A DNA stretch of 64,000 bases from Octopus sinensis (lineage: Eukaryota). The notes under the pieces were generated by a model. That model saw only the letters and a list, made by a program, of their open reading frames with translations. It was not told where the DNA came from and did not search any database. Below are positions 38,962 to 52,130 of this stretch, in pieces. The DNA lies in the NCBI RefSeq assembly GCF_006345805.1, contig NC_043016.1, positions 13,826,001-13,890,000 on the forward strand, given 5' to 3'. Positions within the stretch are counted from its first letter, which is position 1, and every line of letters starts with the position of its first letter. A program made the position numbers and the translations under genes.

Positions 38962-39275
38962 TAATTAATTAGTTAATTAATCAATTTGAATACAGCTGTT
39001 TCGAATATACTCGTTTCATCCAGTAAGTTTTAAAATAACTATTGTTTGTCTGTGCTTGGTGCTTTCAAGGATATTTTATTGTGAACTCTTGTTTCATATT
39101 TTATTTTTAGAGTCAGCCAAGAGTCAACTTCACCTTGAGGCTTTGTTCACTTGTGTCTCTCTCCTTTGGAGTCTAAATTTAGACTTCCATTGAGGACAAG
39201 TGGTCTAACAATAGCCAAAGCAACAAGAACCTGTCAAACAGCAACACAACACAACAAGCAAACACCACCACCACC

Positions 39276-39307
<32 letters not shown>

Positions 39308-39849
39308 CAAAAACAGCAACAACAAGAGTAACAAAAATCATAAAATTATTGATAACAACAACAACAACAACACTGAAAGTGAAAAAAATACTTTTAACAA
39401 TATCAACAACAACAGCACCATATTGACCTGCAGAACACCCCAGCCCGCCCCCTGACACTACTCCTGCCACCGCACTGCCACTGACACCACCACTACCATT
39501 ACCTCCCCACCTCACTGCTAATGAAATGGAGGCAGACAATGAAACCGTTTTTATCAACAGAAGCAGCAGAAGCACCACTACAGGTAAACCTCCAAATCAC
39601 CAAATTTTACCATTGTAAATAAAAGCAACAAACAATTGGAGGTTTGCATAATACAAGGACATAGAGGCGGGCAGTGGTGGTGGCAAAGACAGGAAGAGAT
39701 TTTTGAGGGGTTTGCTTTCAAATTGTTATTAAATAAATGGTTGGTGATGACACCTACAGACACTTACAATGAAGAAAGAATTCTTAAATGACATGCACCA
39801 GGTACCTGGAAACCTTTTGAGGATTTTCCTGCCCTTTAGTGCTTGTGGA

Positions 39850-41000
39850 AACACTAGGATAGCAATTTAAACAATAGCTGGTATTGTGTAGGGCAGGCAA
39901 ATAGGAGAGGATAAAATGAAAGACCCGCAGACCTGTTCACATGCTTTCAATTGTATGACAGGCACCCGTGGGATTTCCTGTATGTGCTACTGTGGACATG
40001 AAATAATTACATTGAATCATCCAGGCCATAAAGTATTAGTTGGGTCAGCAGACAAGAATAGTGTTGAGTACAACCAATTGCAACTAGTCTACTACGTAAC
40101 TAGCTACAAACGAACTTGAACGGTCAATCAATGTAGAACCCATAGACAGAAACCTGACTGCTGTAAGCTAAATGCGTCATTCCAGTCATGTAAAGCTTAC
40201 AGAGACTGGATTAGTAAAAGTAATTAAATGGTTGCTGACGTGAGCTATCATCAACAGCCAGTGGTGGATCGATCTGAGGAGGGTGATTAAAGTATAATCA
40301 ATAAGGTTTAGCAAAGAAATAGAGGTAGAGATAAATAGATTAGAGGAAGAGCGACTAAACAAATTAAGAGACGCAATTAGCAAAGACATAGCAACCAATT
40401 TGCTAGCTGTGAAAATGGCCCTCATTCATTTCTTAAACATAAAACATGAGAGGACCAATGGTAGGCGGGAAAAGTAATGATATTCTCAAGGAAGCTCTGA
40501 GAATAAATTGGTTTATTTATTTTAGAGGGATTTCTCATTAGGAATTACTATGGATAACTTTCAGAAATCCTTGCACTGGATGTGCTATAAAGGAGTACTA
40601 GAGCTTTGAGAAAAACTCTCAGGCATGAAAGTGCTGTGGTGATAGGCCTCTCTGAGATGAACACAAAGCAACGAAGCCATTGAGTACAACTTAGTACATC
40701 ATGTGAGATTTGCTGTCTTGTGAAGTTATGTCAAATAGCTGTCATGTGTTGGATGGATATGGCAGTCAACCAAATCCAGTGTGGTGATAGCCATTTTGCC
40801 TTCTTTCAACTGGGAAGAACAAGTAATTTTTCTCTGCCCACAACACTGTCTAATAGCATGGACTTGAATCTTGAGGTGTTCAACCACAATCCATCAACTG
40901 GCATTGATATTAGCTTCTGCAATTGTCTCATATTTTTTAACAATGGTATTGACCATCTCCATTTTGGTAGTGTCTGACACCATGACAACCATGTTGTCCA
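39850..41000 (+). mobile_element. Possible ancient LINE relic (Cys/His knuckle-like, then APE-like remnants)
   Basis: Broken C-x2-C..H-like pieces at ~39940-40000. STGIDISFC...DHLHF at ~40890-40960 resembles APE IDLxF and SDH motifs. Many stops. Confidence 0.25.
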
Positions 41001-43068
41001 CATATGCTGGTGCAGCCTTCTCATATGCAAAAGGGATGTACCTCAGCTGTCTTAAATTTTACAGTGGTGGCTTTAGAGCCAGCACGCACAGAAGAGGCAA
41101 TAACAAGCAGAGTTAGTTGACTGAGTGTACTCTGAAAACTGGTTCCAAAAGGCGACTGTTTATATTGACCACCGAGCAGGTGCTGCTGTGCATGGCAGTG
41201 ATCCAACCTCTGAAAATGGGTCCAAAACTGACCAATTCCAGGATGGCTTTCAAGTAATGATAATCATTTCTATTGAAAGCTTCCAATTAATCCAAATTTG
41301 ATCAGGGACCCACCAAAGACAGTTTTGGTCCCAACTTTTTCTACATGTTGCATAGGGTGAAGATTGTTGTGGATGAACCTGTTCTGAATTATGGCCATTT
41401 GCACTTTCCTAACGAAACCACAAATGCCAATGTTTTGGCTAACACCTTGACCATCTTAAATTCTGTGTTTAGCAGAATTATGGAATGAAAATTGCTTGCC
41501 ACATCCCTCTGTTGACGTTCTTTTTTTAGCAGTTTCACCACTGTATGGGTCACAACTCTAAGAATTCTCCCACTCTGCTGCCAGTTGTGCTAGGTATCTA
41601 CCTAGAAGTTGCCTAACTGGTATGGCATGAAACAACAGCTCAACCTGCACCATCCCTCCCCCCACCACTACACGACAAGCAGGAGAAGGTAAACACTTAC
41701 ACATCAACCTCTTCGACCTCACATAAAATTGATAGATTTGGAATCCTCCTCATGCCACAAGGATTATGTTGAAACCATTGCACAAAAGACACAAGCTGAA
41801 GCAAAGAAGAAAAAACAAGTCAAAAAATGTCTATTCCCAATATAAATGCAAAAAGGCAAGAAAGTGAACCAGAAATTTGTCTTTAAATCATCACCATTGC
41901 CAACACAAAACCACAACAGTAACAATATAACTCTAATTATATTGTTCTAATTCAATTCTATGTTCTGACTAAGTATCGAACTAAGTTTAGTGACTCTACT
42001 TTATTTTGTGCGTTCACCTCGTGTCCTTTTAAAGTGAACTTTTGACTGCCTTCTAATTTGCACACTGGTTTGTTTCATAAGTGGCATGATACTTTTTGCA
42101 CATGGATCTTTAAGTTCTGATTTTTTTTAAATCAGCGTGCATTTTTGAGTATATATTGCGTTGTATGTGCTCACATATTATCTCCATGATTGGCTTGCAT
42201 TCGAGTAATGTAATCCAAGTTAATAATTCTGTATTAAAACATAACATTAATGAACATAAATATAACCACAACTTTAGAAGGAAACTTAGGAACAGATTCA
42301 AATACACGATCAATACCACAACCTACAGCAACTGCTAAACATACAGCCATGTGCACAAACCAAACTCTTCTTCATCAATTTCTCAGTTGTTGAAAAGAGC
42401 AGTAGCTATTTAATGCAAGAAGTTATAGAAAGCAAAAACATCCTCACAAAAGATGAAGGGGTTTGACAAACATCTATAAAATATCTCCCAAACACACTGA
42501 CAAAAACTTATATTGATTTTAGAAATATCCCACAGACATCAGGGATTTTTGTTTTGAGAAAAAATGGACCAGGGGACTTTAGAAAGGCCATCTACTATTT
42601 CTTTCTTGACCAACAAGAAAACTGGACTATCAACCTTTCTCAAAGACCAAGGTGAATGACCTCTCTACTTTTCCTTTTTAAACAACAATGTTACTCATAC
42701 AGCAGGTTGTATAAATGTATGTGGTCTAGAGTAAGCTGAAAAGCAAGGCTACTTGCTCAATGAGCTCAAGTAACTAGACATAACTGTGGTAGTCATTAAC
42801 AAGACAAGGATCTCTGAAGCACATACATCCTTATCAATTTCCAACGGATATAAGGTATCAATTGGGTGAAGGAGTGGCAATGTTATTCTGGAAAATAATA
42901 TACCTTTCTGGTAATTCAGTGGGCCTAGACATGAACAGCAATGAAGGCAGTTGTTTTGGCTATATAACACCTCCCTATTTTCCAATGTATGTACACCACT
43001 GCCTTGTTATGCTTGAAATATATTCAGTCTTTGCTAGATTATGTACTTGATAGTTTTTCAAATTTTCC

Positions 43069-43330
43069 TCATATCCTGCATTGTGAATTTGTTCCATCCT
43101 TGATGATGTGATGGTGATAGGAACTGGCATCAAGATTCTGATCTTGTACTGAAATTATCCAGCTTTCCATCTCTCCTCTCATTCCACTACTCTTAAGCGA
43201 CTCTGGTGTGTCTTCACTTGATCCACATCTGCCCACTGCACCTATTTTGGATGCTTTCCATGCATTGCTTTGCACCGTGACCATGTTTTCTACAGCTGGA
43301 GCTGCCCAGGGTGTATGGCATTCTGCTTCA
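43069..43330 (-). mobile_element. Decayed R4/Dong-type fragment
   Basis: GEMESWIISVQDQNLDASSYHHHIIKDGTNSQCRI resembles AESEGSILAAQDQSL..NY..PKCRFC of 32084-33108. Confidence 0.6.
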
Positions 43331-43499
43331 CTTATTCGGCATGAATGATTGTTAACCTTGTTCTCTTTTGTGTGGTTTCTGCGATATAGACCTCATGAAC
43401 TCAAAATATCAAATATATTCCTCATGGAATATATTTTATGTTTTGAGATTCGGAGTGAGTTTCCTGTCAGTTATTCATCCACCCTCAATATTGTCATCA

Positions 43500-44185
43500 T
43501 TCATCATCATCATCATCGTTGTTTAACGTCCGCTTTTCATGCTAGCATGGGTTGGACGATTCGACTAAGGACTGGCGAACCAGATGGCTGCACCAGGCTC
43601 CAGTCTTGATTTGGCAGAGTTTCTACAGCTGGATGCCCTTCCTAATGTCAACCACTTTACAGAGTGTAGTGGATGCTTTTACGTGCCACCGGCACAAGGG
43701 CCAGTCTGGCGTTACTGGCAACGGCCACGCTCAAATGGTGCTTTTTATGTGCCACCTGCACAGGAGCCATTCCAGTGGCACTGATATATTCTACTGTGGA
43801 AATCAATTGTCCTCTGGACATCAATGTGACAAGAAAAATAAAAAAGTAAGAAGACATCTTTGGACCATTGATAAGGAGTTATGCTGCACCAGGCCCCAGT
43901 CTGATCTGGCAGAGTTTCTACAGCTTGATGCCCTTCCTAACACCAACCACTCCATGAGTGCATGGGGACTAGTCAGGCGGTACTGGCAACAGCCACGCTC
44001 AAATGGTGTTTTTTACATGCCACCTGCACAGGAGCCAGTCCAGCAGTACTGGCAACGACCTCGCTCGAATGTTTTTTCACGTGCCACCAGCACAAGTGCC
44101 AGTAAGGCGATGCTGGTAATGATCACGCTCGAATAGTGCTTTTTACATGCCACCTGCACAGAAGCCAGTTACCTGCTCTGGCAAC
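43500..44185 (-). mobile_element. Two RTE 3' UTR fragments with modular repeats
   Basis: (CAT)n tail at 43500. Repeated CGCTCAAATGGTG..TTTT.ATGCCACC.GCAC modules. Confidence 0.75.
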
Positions 44186-44544
44186 AATCACATTTTGTAA
44201 AGCAATTTACTTTTCCAGTTGTTATAAGTAACGCCTGAATTGGCACAGGCAAAAATAATAAACAAGTTTGAGTTAATGAGAATAACAAATTAGATCTGGC
44301 TTTTGAAAAGAATCTCTACTTTTAATCCAAACGCTGACTCTGATTTTCTGGGATTTTCTTGTGGTGATGGTGGTGGTAGCATTGAATGCTAATATTATAA
44401 ACCATCATATGCTGTCATATGAGGTTTTTTTAGAGACTTCCTTAGTAAAAGGCTTTAAATTTGAATAAGGACACTACATTATCTGCAGATGTGAGGGTTC
44501 CTAGCCTTGACTTTGAGGTTCTCCTCATAGCCCATGGATATATA

Positions 44545-44895
44545 CTCTTACTCTCTTTTCTCTTTTACTTGTTTCAGCCATGTGACTGTGGCCATGCTGG
44601 AGCACCACCTTTAGTCGAGCAAATCAACCCCAGGGCTTATTCTTTGTAAGCGTGGTTCTTATTCTATCGGCCTCTTTTGCCGAACTGCTAAGTTACGAGG
44701 ACGTAAACACGCCAACATCGGTTGTCAAGCAATGTTGAGGGGACAAACACAGACACACAAACATATACACACACACATATATACATACATATATACGGCG
44801 GGCTTCTTTCAGTTTCCATCTACCAAATCCACTCAACCTGGAACCAGGAACTATGTGGTTTGTAAGCAAGCTACTTACTACACAGCCACTCTTAC
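44545..44895 (-). mobile_element. Family A SINE with internal CORE deletion
   Basis: Jumps from CCACTCA to ACCTGGAACC. Confidence 0.8.
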
Positions 44896-46324
44896 GCGCT
44901 TAATTAAAACCTTAATAGATTATGCTATTTGTGCTGTTTTTAAACAGAGTATTTTTTTTTATGTTATGATAATCCTAGTATTGTCCATTAATGTTATTTT
45001 TCTCTAAATGGACATGCTATTATTGGGAGTCTTTGTTTTCAAAATACCAAAATTTTTCTATGTCTGACTCACAACATTTCTCCACTCTTTTGAAGGAAGA
45101 GTTTTGTATTTGAAGTACGCAACAATATTTTCTAATAAATTCTCTTTTATCTCTGTTAATTTGTACAGATTTTTATTTGTTTCTCAATGCAAAATTGCGC
45201 TTAGAAACTGATATTGTATCTTGAGGGTCATATTACCAATAAAAGCATATGCACTGGTTATGTTTCACTTCACCTTTATGACCAGTCAGTTAGATAATTA
45301 ATCAAAGTGGCAAGCTGGCAGAATCATTACTGCTTTGTGCAAAATGCTTAGCAGCACTTTGTCTATCTTTACCATCTGAATTCAAATTCTGCCAAGGTTA
45401 CCTTTGGCTTTCATCCTTTCAGGGTCGATAAAATAAGTACCAGTTGAACACTAGGGTCGACACAATCGACTTATCCTTGATTCCTGAAAATTGCTGGCCT
45501 TGTGCTAAAAATTGAAACCAATTAGATAAGTAGTCTTTAAATATTTTAGCTAATTAAGCTGTCTGTCAAAGACGTTTCATCAGAAGTCTGAGACCTTATC
45601 AATGACCGTGTGCTCGTCAAGAACCTTTTTTCCTTGGTATTTATTGCATATTTCATCACAGGCTTTGTGACAAAAGGATTTTGATAAACTAATTGAACAC
45701 TTGATTTATTATCTAGCTCATTGGTTAGCAGACTGAAATGAAACATAATCAGTATCTGTGGCTTTATTAACAATATGACCCTCCTAAAATACAAATTTGT
45801 ACAGAATTTCCAGTTATTATTGTAGCTTCCATTTGCTGGTAACAAGGCTATTTCTGCAGCAGCATTAGCAGCTATAGTACCACTTTCAGCTAAACTACAA
45901 CTACTATTTCTAGCAGCAGCAGCAGCAACAGTAGCAGCAGTTGCAGTAGCAGTAGTAGTAGTAGATGTTGTTGTCTTCTTTGTTGTTGTTATTGTTGCTG
46001 CTGTCATCTTGTCATTCTTGTTTAGCCTTCCCCTTCTCTGACAGACTGGTCTTGAATAAGCAGTATTATGATCAAAGATATGTTTTTCAGTGACCATCCC
46101 AGCCTTTTTTGTTTCTAGAGATATCAAAGATAACATTGCCCAATGTGTTCTTTCCATATTTATGAGAGACACTGGATTGTGTTTTAAAGGAGAATTAGCA
46201 GTTATTTTTAACAGGTAAAGAAAATCTGGACAACATTTTCCCATCAGCTGACCATATGAGATACTGCCTTTCAAAAATCAGTCTACAGCAATGAAGTAAC
46301 TTATCTAATACTGTATACAGTATA

Positions 46325-46847
46325 CTGTAAATCCTCGAGTATAGCCCGCCCTTGACTATAATACATAGGGGATTTTTAGGGGGCTGTACCTATGAAAAAC
46401 CTAAACCATGTGTATAATACGCACCCCTTCTCTAACTTGAGTCGTGCATAATTAAGCCAGCAGCACCTAGTTGAACAAACACTTCCGCACATGCATAATA
46501 CAATAATGGTGATGTTCTTAACTGTTGTATGGGAATGTAAATATGGTTGCAAATTGTTTTTGTTACATGTTATTCTGTGTTCTGAATACATTTATTTTAA
46601 TAAATGTTGCTTACGGCAAGTTATGGATGATTCTTTTATGACTTCATTGCTTTTAGGCTTAGCTTAAGGTATTTTCGCTCCCGACATCACAAAATACATC
46701 TGAATAAACGTTGCTGGACAGTAAATAGAGACTCAGACATTGCTTAGAAAATATTTTTCATTTTTAACATCATATATAGTACGCACTAGGGATTTTGACC
46801 TTTAAATTTGGGGAAAAAAAATGCAGATTGTACTCGAGGATTTACGG
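46325..46847. mobile_element. Non-autonomous DNA element with TIRs (Tc1/pogo-like)
   Basis: TA|CTGTAAATCCTCGAGTAT ... GTACTCGAGGATTTACGG. Confidence 0.7.
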
Positions 46848-47181
46848 AAGTCTATACAATATATAGGTTTCAAATTTTGGCACAAGGCCAGCAATTTCAG
46901 GAAAGCAGTAACTTAATCACAAATTGACCACCGCTGCTCAACTGGTACTTATTTTATCAACCTCAAAAAGATGGAAGGCAAAGTCAACTTCAGCAGAGTT
47001 TTAACTCAAAATGAAAACAGAGAAGAAAAACCACAAAGCATTTTGTCTGGGATGCTAATGATTCTGCAAGGTTGCTTGCCTTACACACTCTACCATAAAT
47101 TACATGCACCAAAGCACTGTAACACATACACCTTCTATACTACACTGAACGTTGTATACAATACAGACAGTTTTTCTATAA

Positions 47182-47217
<36 letters not shown>

Positions 47218-47476
47218 GTGTGAGTGATTGTGTATAGAAGAATATATTAATAAAAAGAATTCCAACCTTGTCTGATTTTCACGTTTTATTTACAATCTTA
47301 TAATGATATATTATAAGATAATATATTATAATTGAATAAAATAAAATAAAATAAAATAAAATGAAATAGTAGAATGTTAAATGTTCATTCTGATTGAACT
47401 AGTACTTTCATGCATTGAATTCTGCAATCTTTGGGTTCATGTAGTAGTGTTGACAGTCATGCTTCACAATTTTTGA

Positions 47477-47526
<50 letters not shown>

Positions 47527-47640
47527 TATCCAAAGAGTACAATGTTATATATCCATTACTGCGGATCTTACCAATCAGTTTTACACTAGGGATTCAATGC
47601 AGTGTCAGAAGTAGTCACCATGTTTCAATCCATATCAGCT

Positions 47641-47724
47641 ACCTCTGATGAGCACAGGGTTACATAATTGGATTGTTACCTAACACTCCATTGAATCCCT
47701 AGCATGAAACCAATTGGTAAGATC
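47641..47724 (+). ncRNA. Hammerhead motif with 54-nt helix II insert and 8-nt palindromic helix III
   Basis: ACCU-CUGAUGA-[54 nt, AGGG/CCCU pair]-GAAA-CCAAUUGG-UA-AGAU. An inverted decayed copy lies at ~47565-47640. Confidence 0.5.
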
Positions 47725-47876
47725 GGCCCACGAGTGGATTCCTTATGTGTTTAAATGTACACTGTATATTATGACTAATACATAGTCTTTGGACTAAATT
47801 TTTACACGCTGGGCCACTGGAAGTGAAAATTTCTATTAATTTCCATTTCCCTTTGATATGATTAAGTATATATATA

Positions 47877-48014
47877 GGTATCTACGAGATACCACCATGC
47901 TGAAAATAGCAGCCATGATCTGACCTTAAAATCACCTAAATTGTCGACAATTTAGGTGGTTTTAAAGTCAGATCATGGCTGCTATTTTCAGCATGGTGGT
48001 AACTTGTAGATACC
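47877..48014. repeat. Zero-spacer palindrome, 69-bp arms
   Basis: Centre AAATTGTC|GACAATTT at 47945/47946, about 4 mismatches. Confidence 0.92.
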
Positions 48015-48123
48015 CTAATTTATAATTTTAATAATTATTACCTTTGAAGGTTATTTTTTCCATACTGACCACTTGATAAAATCGTTATTTTATTTTTAAA
48101 TTAACGATCTTATCCAATTTATA

Positions 48124-48191
<68 letters not shown>

Positions 48192-48349
48192 GCTTCATTT
48201 TTTCCAATTCTAACAAGTAAATTTGCTACTTAACCTCGAATCAACCAGTTCTGATCAGCAGTTTTCAACCAGGGTTCACATGACCCTTGTGGGGTTCCAT
48301 ATAAGATTTTCTTGTTAAAATTTACCTACAATAAATAAGTATATATATC

Positions 48350-51300
48350 ATCATCATCATCATCATCATCATTTAGCGTCCGTTTTCCATGCTAGCATGG
48401 GTTGGACGGTTCAACTGGGGTCTGGGGAGCCCGAAGGCTGCACCAGGCCAGTCAGATCTGGCAGTGTTTCTACAGCTGGATGCCCTTCCTAACGCCAACC
48501 ACTCCGAGAGTGTAGTGGGTGATTTTATGTGCCACCGACACAGGTGCCAGACGAGGCTGGCGAACGGCCACGCTCGGATGGTGTTTTTATGTGCCACCGA
48601 CACAGGTGCCAGACGAGGCTGGCAGACGGCCACGCTCGGATGGTGTTTTTATGTGCCACCGACACAGGTGCCAGATGAGGCTGGCAGGTGCCAGACGAGG
48701 CTGGCAGACGGCCACGCTCGGATGGTGTTTTTATGTGCCACCGACACAGGTGCCAGATGAGGCTGGCGGACGGCCACGATCGGATGGTGTTTGTTACGTC
48801 CCCAAAGCACGGAGGCCAGTCTATGCGGTACTGGCTACGGCCACGTTCGGATGATTTTCTTGTGTGCCACCGGCACTGGTACCACAAGGATACAAATTCC
48901 ATTTATGCTCATCTATTTTGATTTGTTTTGATTTGATTGATTTTCACTTGCTCAACAGGTCTTCACAAGTGTCACTTGCCTCAACAGGTCTTCACAAGTG
49001 TCACAAGAAGGAAGGTATGCACAGGTGGACTGTCTACGTCGCCGGGTCTTCGGATGGTGTCTTTATGTGCCACCGACACAGGTGCCAGATGAGGCTGGCA
49101 GACGGCCACGCTCGGATGGTGTTTTTATGTGCCACCGACACAGGTGCCAGATGAGGCTGGCGGACGGCCACGATCGGATGGTGTTTGTTACGTCCCCAAA
49201 GCACGGAGGCCAGTCTATGCGGTACTGGCTACGGCCACGTTCGGATGATTTTCTTGTGTGCCACCGGCACTGGTACCACAAAGATACAAATTCCATTTAT
49301 GCTCATCTATTTTGATTTGTTTTGATTTGATTTGATTTGATTTTCACTTGCCTCAACAGGTCTTCACAAGTGTCACTTGCCTCAACAGGTCTTCACAAGT
49401 GTCACAAGAAGGAAGGTATGCACAGGTGGACTGTCTACGTCGCCGGGTCTTCGGATGGTGTCTTTATGTGCCACCGACACAGGTGCCAGATGTGGCTGGC
49501 GAACGGCCACGATCGGATGGTTTTCTTGTGTGCCACCGGTACTGGAACCACAAAGATACAAATTCCATTGATGTTCATCTATTTTGATTTGGTTTGATTT
49601 TCACTTGCCTCAACAGGTCTTCACAAGTGTCACGCGTGTCCTTGTGTGCCACCGGTACTGGAACCACAAAGATACAAATTCCATTGATGTTCATCTATTT
49701 TGATTTGGTTTGATTTTCACTTGCCTCAACAGGTCTTCACAAGTGTCACGCGTGTCACACACTTGCCTCAACAGGTCTTCCACAAGTGTCACACACTTGC
49801 CTCTGCTCAACAGGTCTTCACAAGTGTCACACACTTGCCTCTGCCTCAACAGGTCTTCACAAGTGTCATAAGAGGGAAGGTATGCACAGGTGGACTGACT
49901 ACGTCGCCGGGTTTTGGATGGTTGTTTTTATGTGCCACCGACACAGGTGCCAGGTGAGGCTGGCGAACGGCCACGATCAGATGGTGTTTGTTGTGCCCAC
50001 AGCACGGAGAGGCCAGTCGATGCGGTACCAGCTACGGCCACTTCGGATGGTTTTCTTGTGTGCCACCGGTACTGGAACCACAAAGATACAAATTCCATTG
50101 ATATTCATCTAGTTTGATTTGTTTGATTTTTGATTTTTGATTTTCACTTGCCTCAACAGGTCTTCACAAGTGTCATAAGAGGGAAGTATGCACAGGTGGA
50201 CTGACTACGTCGCCGGGTCTTCGGATGGTGTCTTTATGTGCCACCGCACAGGTGCCAGATGAGGCTGGCGAACGGCCACGATCGGATGGTGTTTGTTGTG
50301 CCCACAGCACGGAGGCCAGTCGGATGCGGTACTGGTTACGGCCACGTTTGGGTGGCTTTCTTGTGTGCCACCGGCACTGGTACCACAAAGAATACAATTC
50401 CACTGATGTTCATCTATTTTGATTTGTTTTGATTTGATTTGATTTTCACTTGCCTCAACAGGTCTTCATAAGTGTCACAAGAAGGAAGGTATGCACAGGA
50501 CTGACTACGTCCCAGGTCGGGGCCACGGGTTATGGCCTGACTAGTCTTGCCGGGTCTTCTCATGCACAGCATACTTCCATAGGTCTCGGTTCTCTAGACA
50601 TTTCCTTAGTGAGACCTAAAGTTCGAAGGTCGTGCTTCACCACCTCGTCCCAGGTTTTCCTGGGTCTACCTCTTCCACAGGTTCCCTCCACTGCTAGGGT
50701 GTAGCACTTTTGCACACAACTATCTTCAGCCTTTCTTGTCACATGACCATACCAGCGCAGCCGTCTCTCTTGCACGCCACAACTGACGCTTCTTAGGTTC
50801 AGCTTTTCTCTCAAGGAACTTACACTCTGACGATTATGAACACTGACATTACACATCCATCGGAGCATACTGGCTTCATTTCTTGCGAGCTTACGCATAT
50901 CCTCAGCAGTCACGGCCCATGTTTCACTACCATGTAGCATGGCTGTACGTACACATGCATCATACAGTCTGCCTTTTACTCTGAGCGAGAGGCCTTTTGT
51001 CACCAGCAGGGGTAAGAGCTCTCTAAACTTTGCCCAGGCTATTCTTATTCTAGCAGTTACACTTTCAGCACACCCACCCCCGCTACTGACTTGGTCTCCT
51101 AGGTAGCGGAAGCTATCAACTACTTCTAGTTTGTCCCCCTGGAACGTGGCAGAAGTTGGTCTCTGCATATTTCCAGTGTTTATTGCTCCTGAGCATTTGC
51201 CACAGACAAAAACTATTTTCCTAGTTAGCCTTCCTTTGACATTGCTGCACCTCTTATGTGTCCATAGCTTACACTTGGTGCATCTTATAGAGTTTCTACC

Positions 51301-52027
51301 TACACCTTTTTTACAGATCGAGCAGGGCCATCTACCTGAAGGCGTTTGTGATTGATCTACCTTCCTACTTATTAGAACTTGGTTTGGCTAGGTTGATTCT
51401 AAGGCCCTTCGATTCTAATCCTTGTTTCCACACCTGGAACTTCTCCTCCAGTTCTGATAGTGACTCAGCAATTAGAGCAAGGTCATCAGCATAGAGGAGC
51501 TCCCAGGGGCAACCTGTCTTGAATTCCTCCGTTATTGCCTGGAGGACTATGATAAATAGGAGGGGACTGAGGACTGAACCTTGGTGGACCCCAACCTCTA
51601 CCCGGAATTCTTCACTGTACTCGTTGCCCACCCTCACCTTACTAGCAGCGTCTCTGTACATGGCTTGCACAGCTCTCACCAACCATTCTTCTATCCCTAG
51701 TTTCCTCATTGACCACCAGATAAGGGACCGGGGGACCCTGTCAAAGGCTTTCTCCAAGTCAACAAAAGCCAGGTACAAGGGCTTATCTTTGGCTAGGTAT
51801 TTCTCCTGCAGCTTGTCTTACCAGGAATATAGCATCAGTAGTACTTTTCCCTGGCACGAACCCAAACTGCATATCATCTAAGGTAACTCTCTCTCTAATT
51901 AGTTCGGCTACAACCCTCTCCGTAACCTTCATTACCTGATCCAGCAGCTTGATGCCCCTGTAGTTATTTGTCTCTAGGGCGTCGCCTTTACCTTTGTAGC
52001 AGTTGACTATTATGCTGCTACACCAGT
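48350..52027 (-). mobile_element. Young 5'-truncated RTE-clade LINE: RT, Cys-rich insert, C-terminus and ~2.2-kb amplified 3' UTR
   Basis: NYRGIKLL..QFGFVPGKSTTDAIF, FVDLEKAFDRV, GVHQGSVLSPLLF, LYADD, FRYLG, LHGSETWA, LRWYGHV. Two 1-nt frameshifts (~51815, ~51385). Ends in (GAT)n at ~48350. Confidence 0.93.
48520..50510. repeat. Composite minisatellite inside the RTE 3' UTR (~61-bp units within ~390-bp higher-order blocks)
   Basis: ATGTGCCACCGACACAGGTGCCAG..GAGGCTGGC..ACGGCCACG.TCGGATGGTG units. An identical ORF C-terminus recurs 394 bp apart (stops at 48921 and 49315). Confidence 0.9.
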
Positions 52028-52031
52028 CATA

Positions 52032-52130
52032 TATATATATATATATTATCCAAAGAGTACAATGTTATATATCCATTACTGCGGATCTTACCAATCAGTT
52101 TTACACTAGGGATTCAATGCAGTGTTAGAT
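52032..52130. repeat. Partial second copy of the 47522-47610 element
   Basis: TATTATCCAAAGAGTACAATG...GATCTTACCAATCAGTTTTACACTAGGGATTCAATGCAGTGT is identical at both sites. Confidence 0.85.

Noticed and set aside
50560-52027. A functional RT gene or programmed frameshifting
   Set aside because: The element is 5'-truncated with no endonuclease. The single-base indels could be decay or consensus errors, and similar 1-nt slips appear in the satellite.
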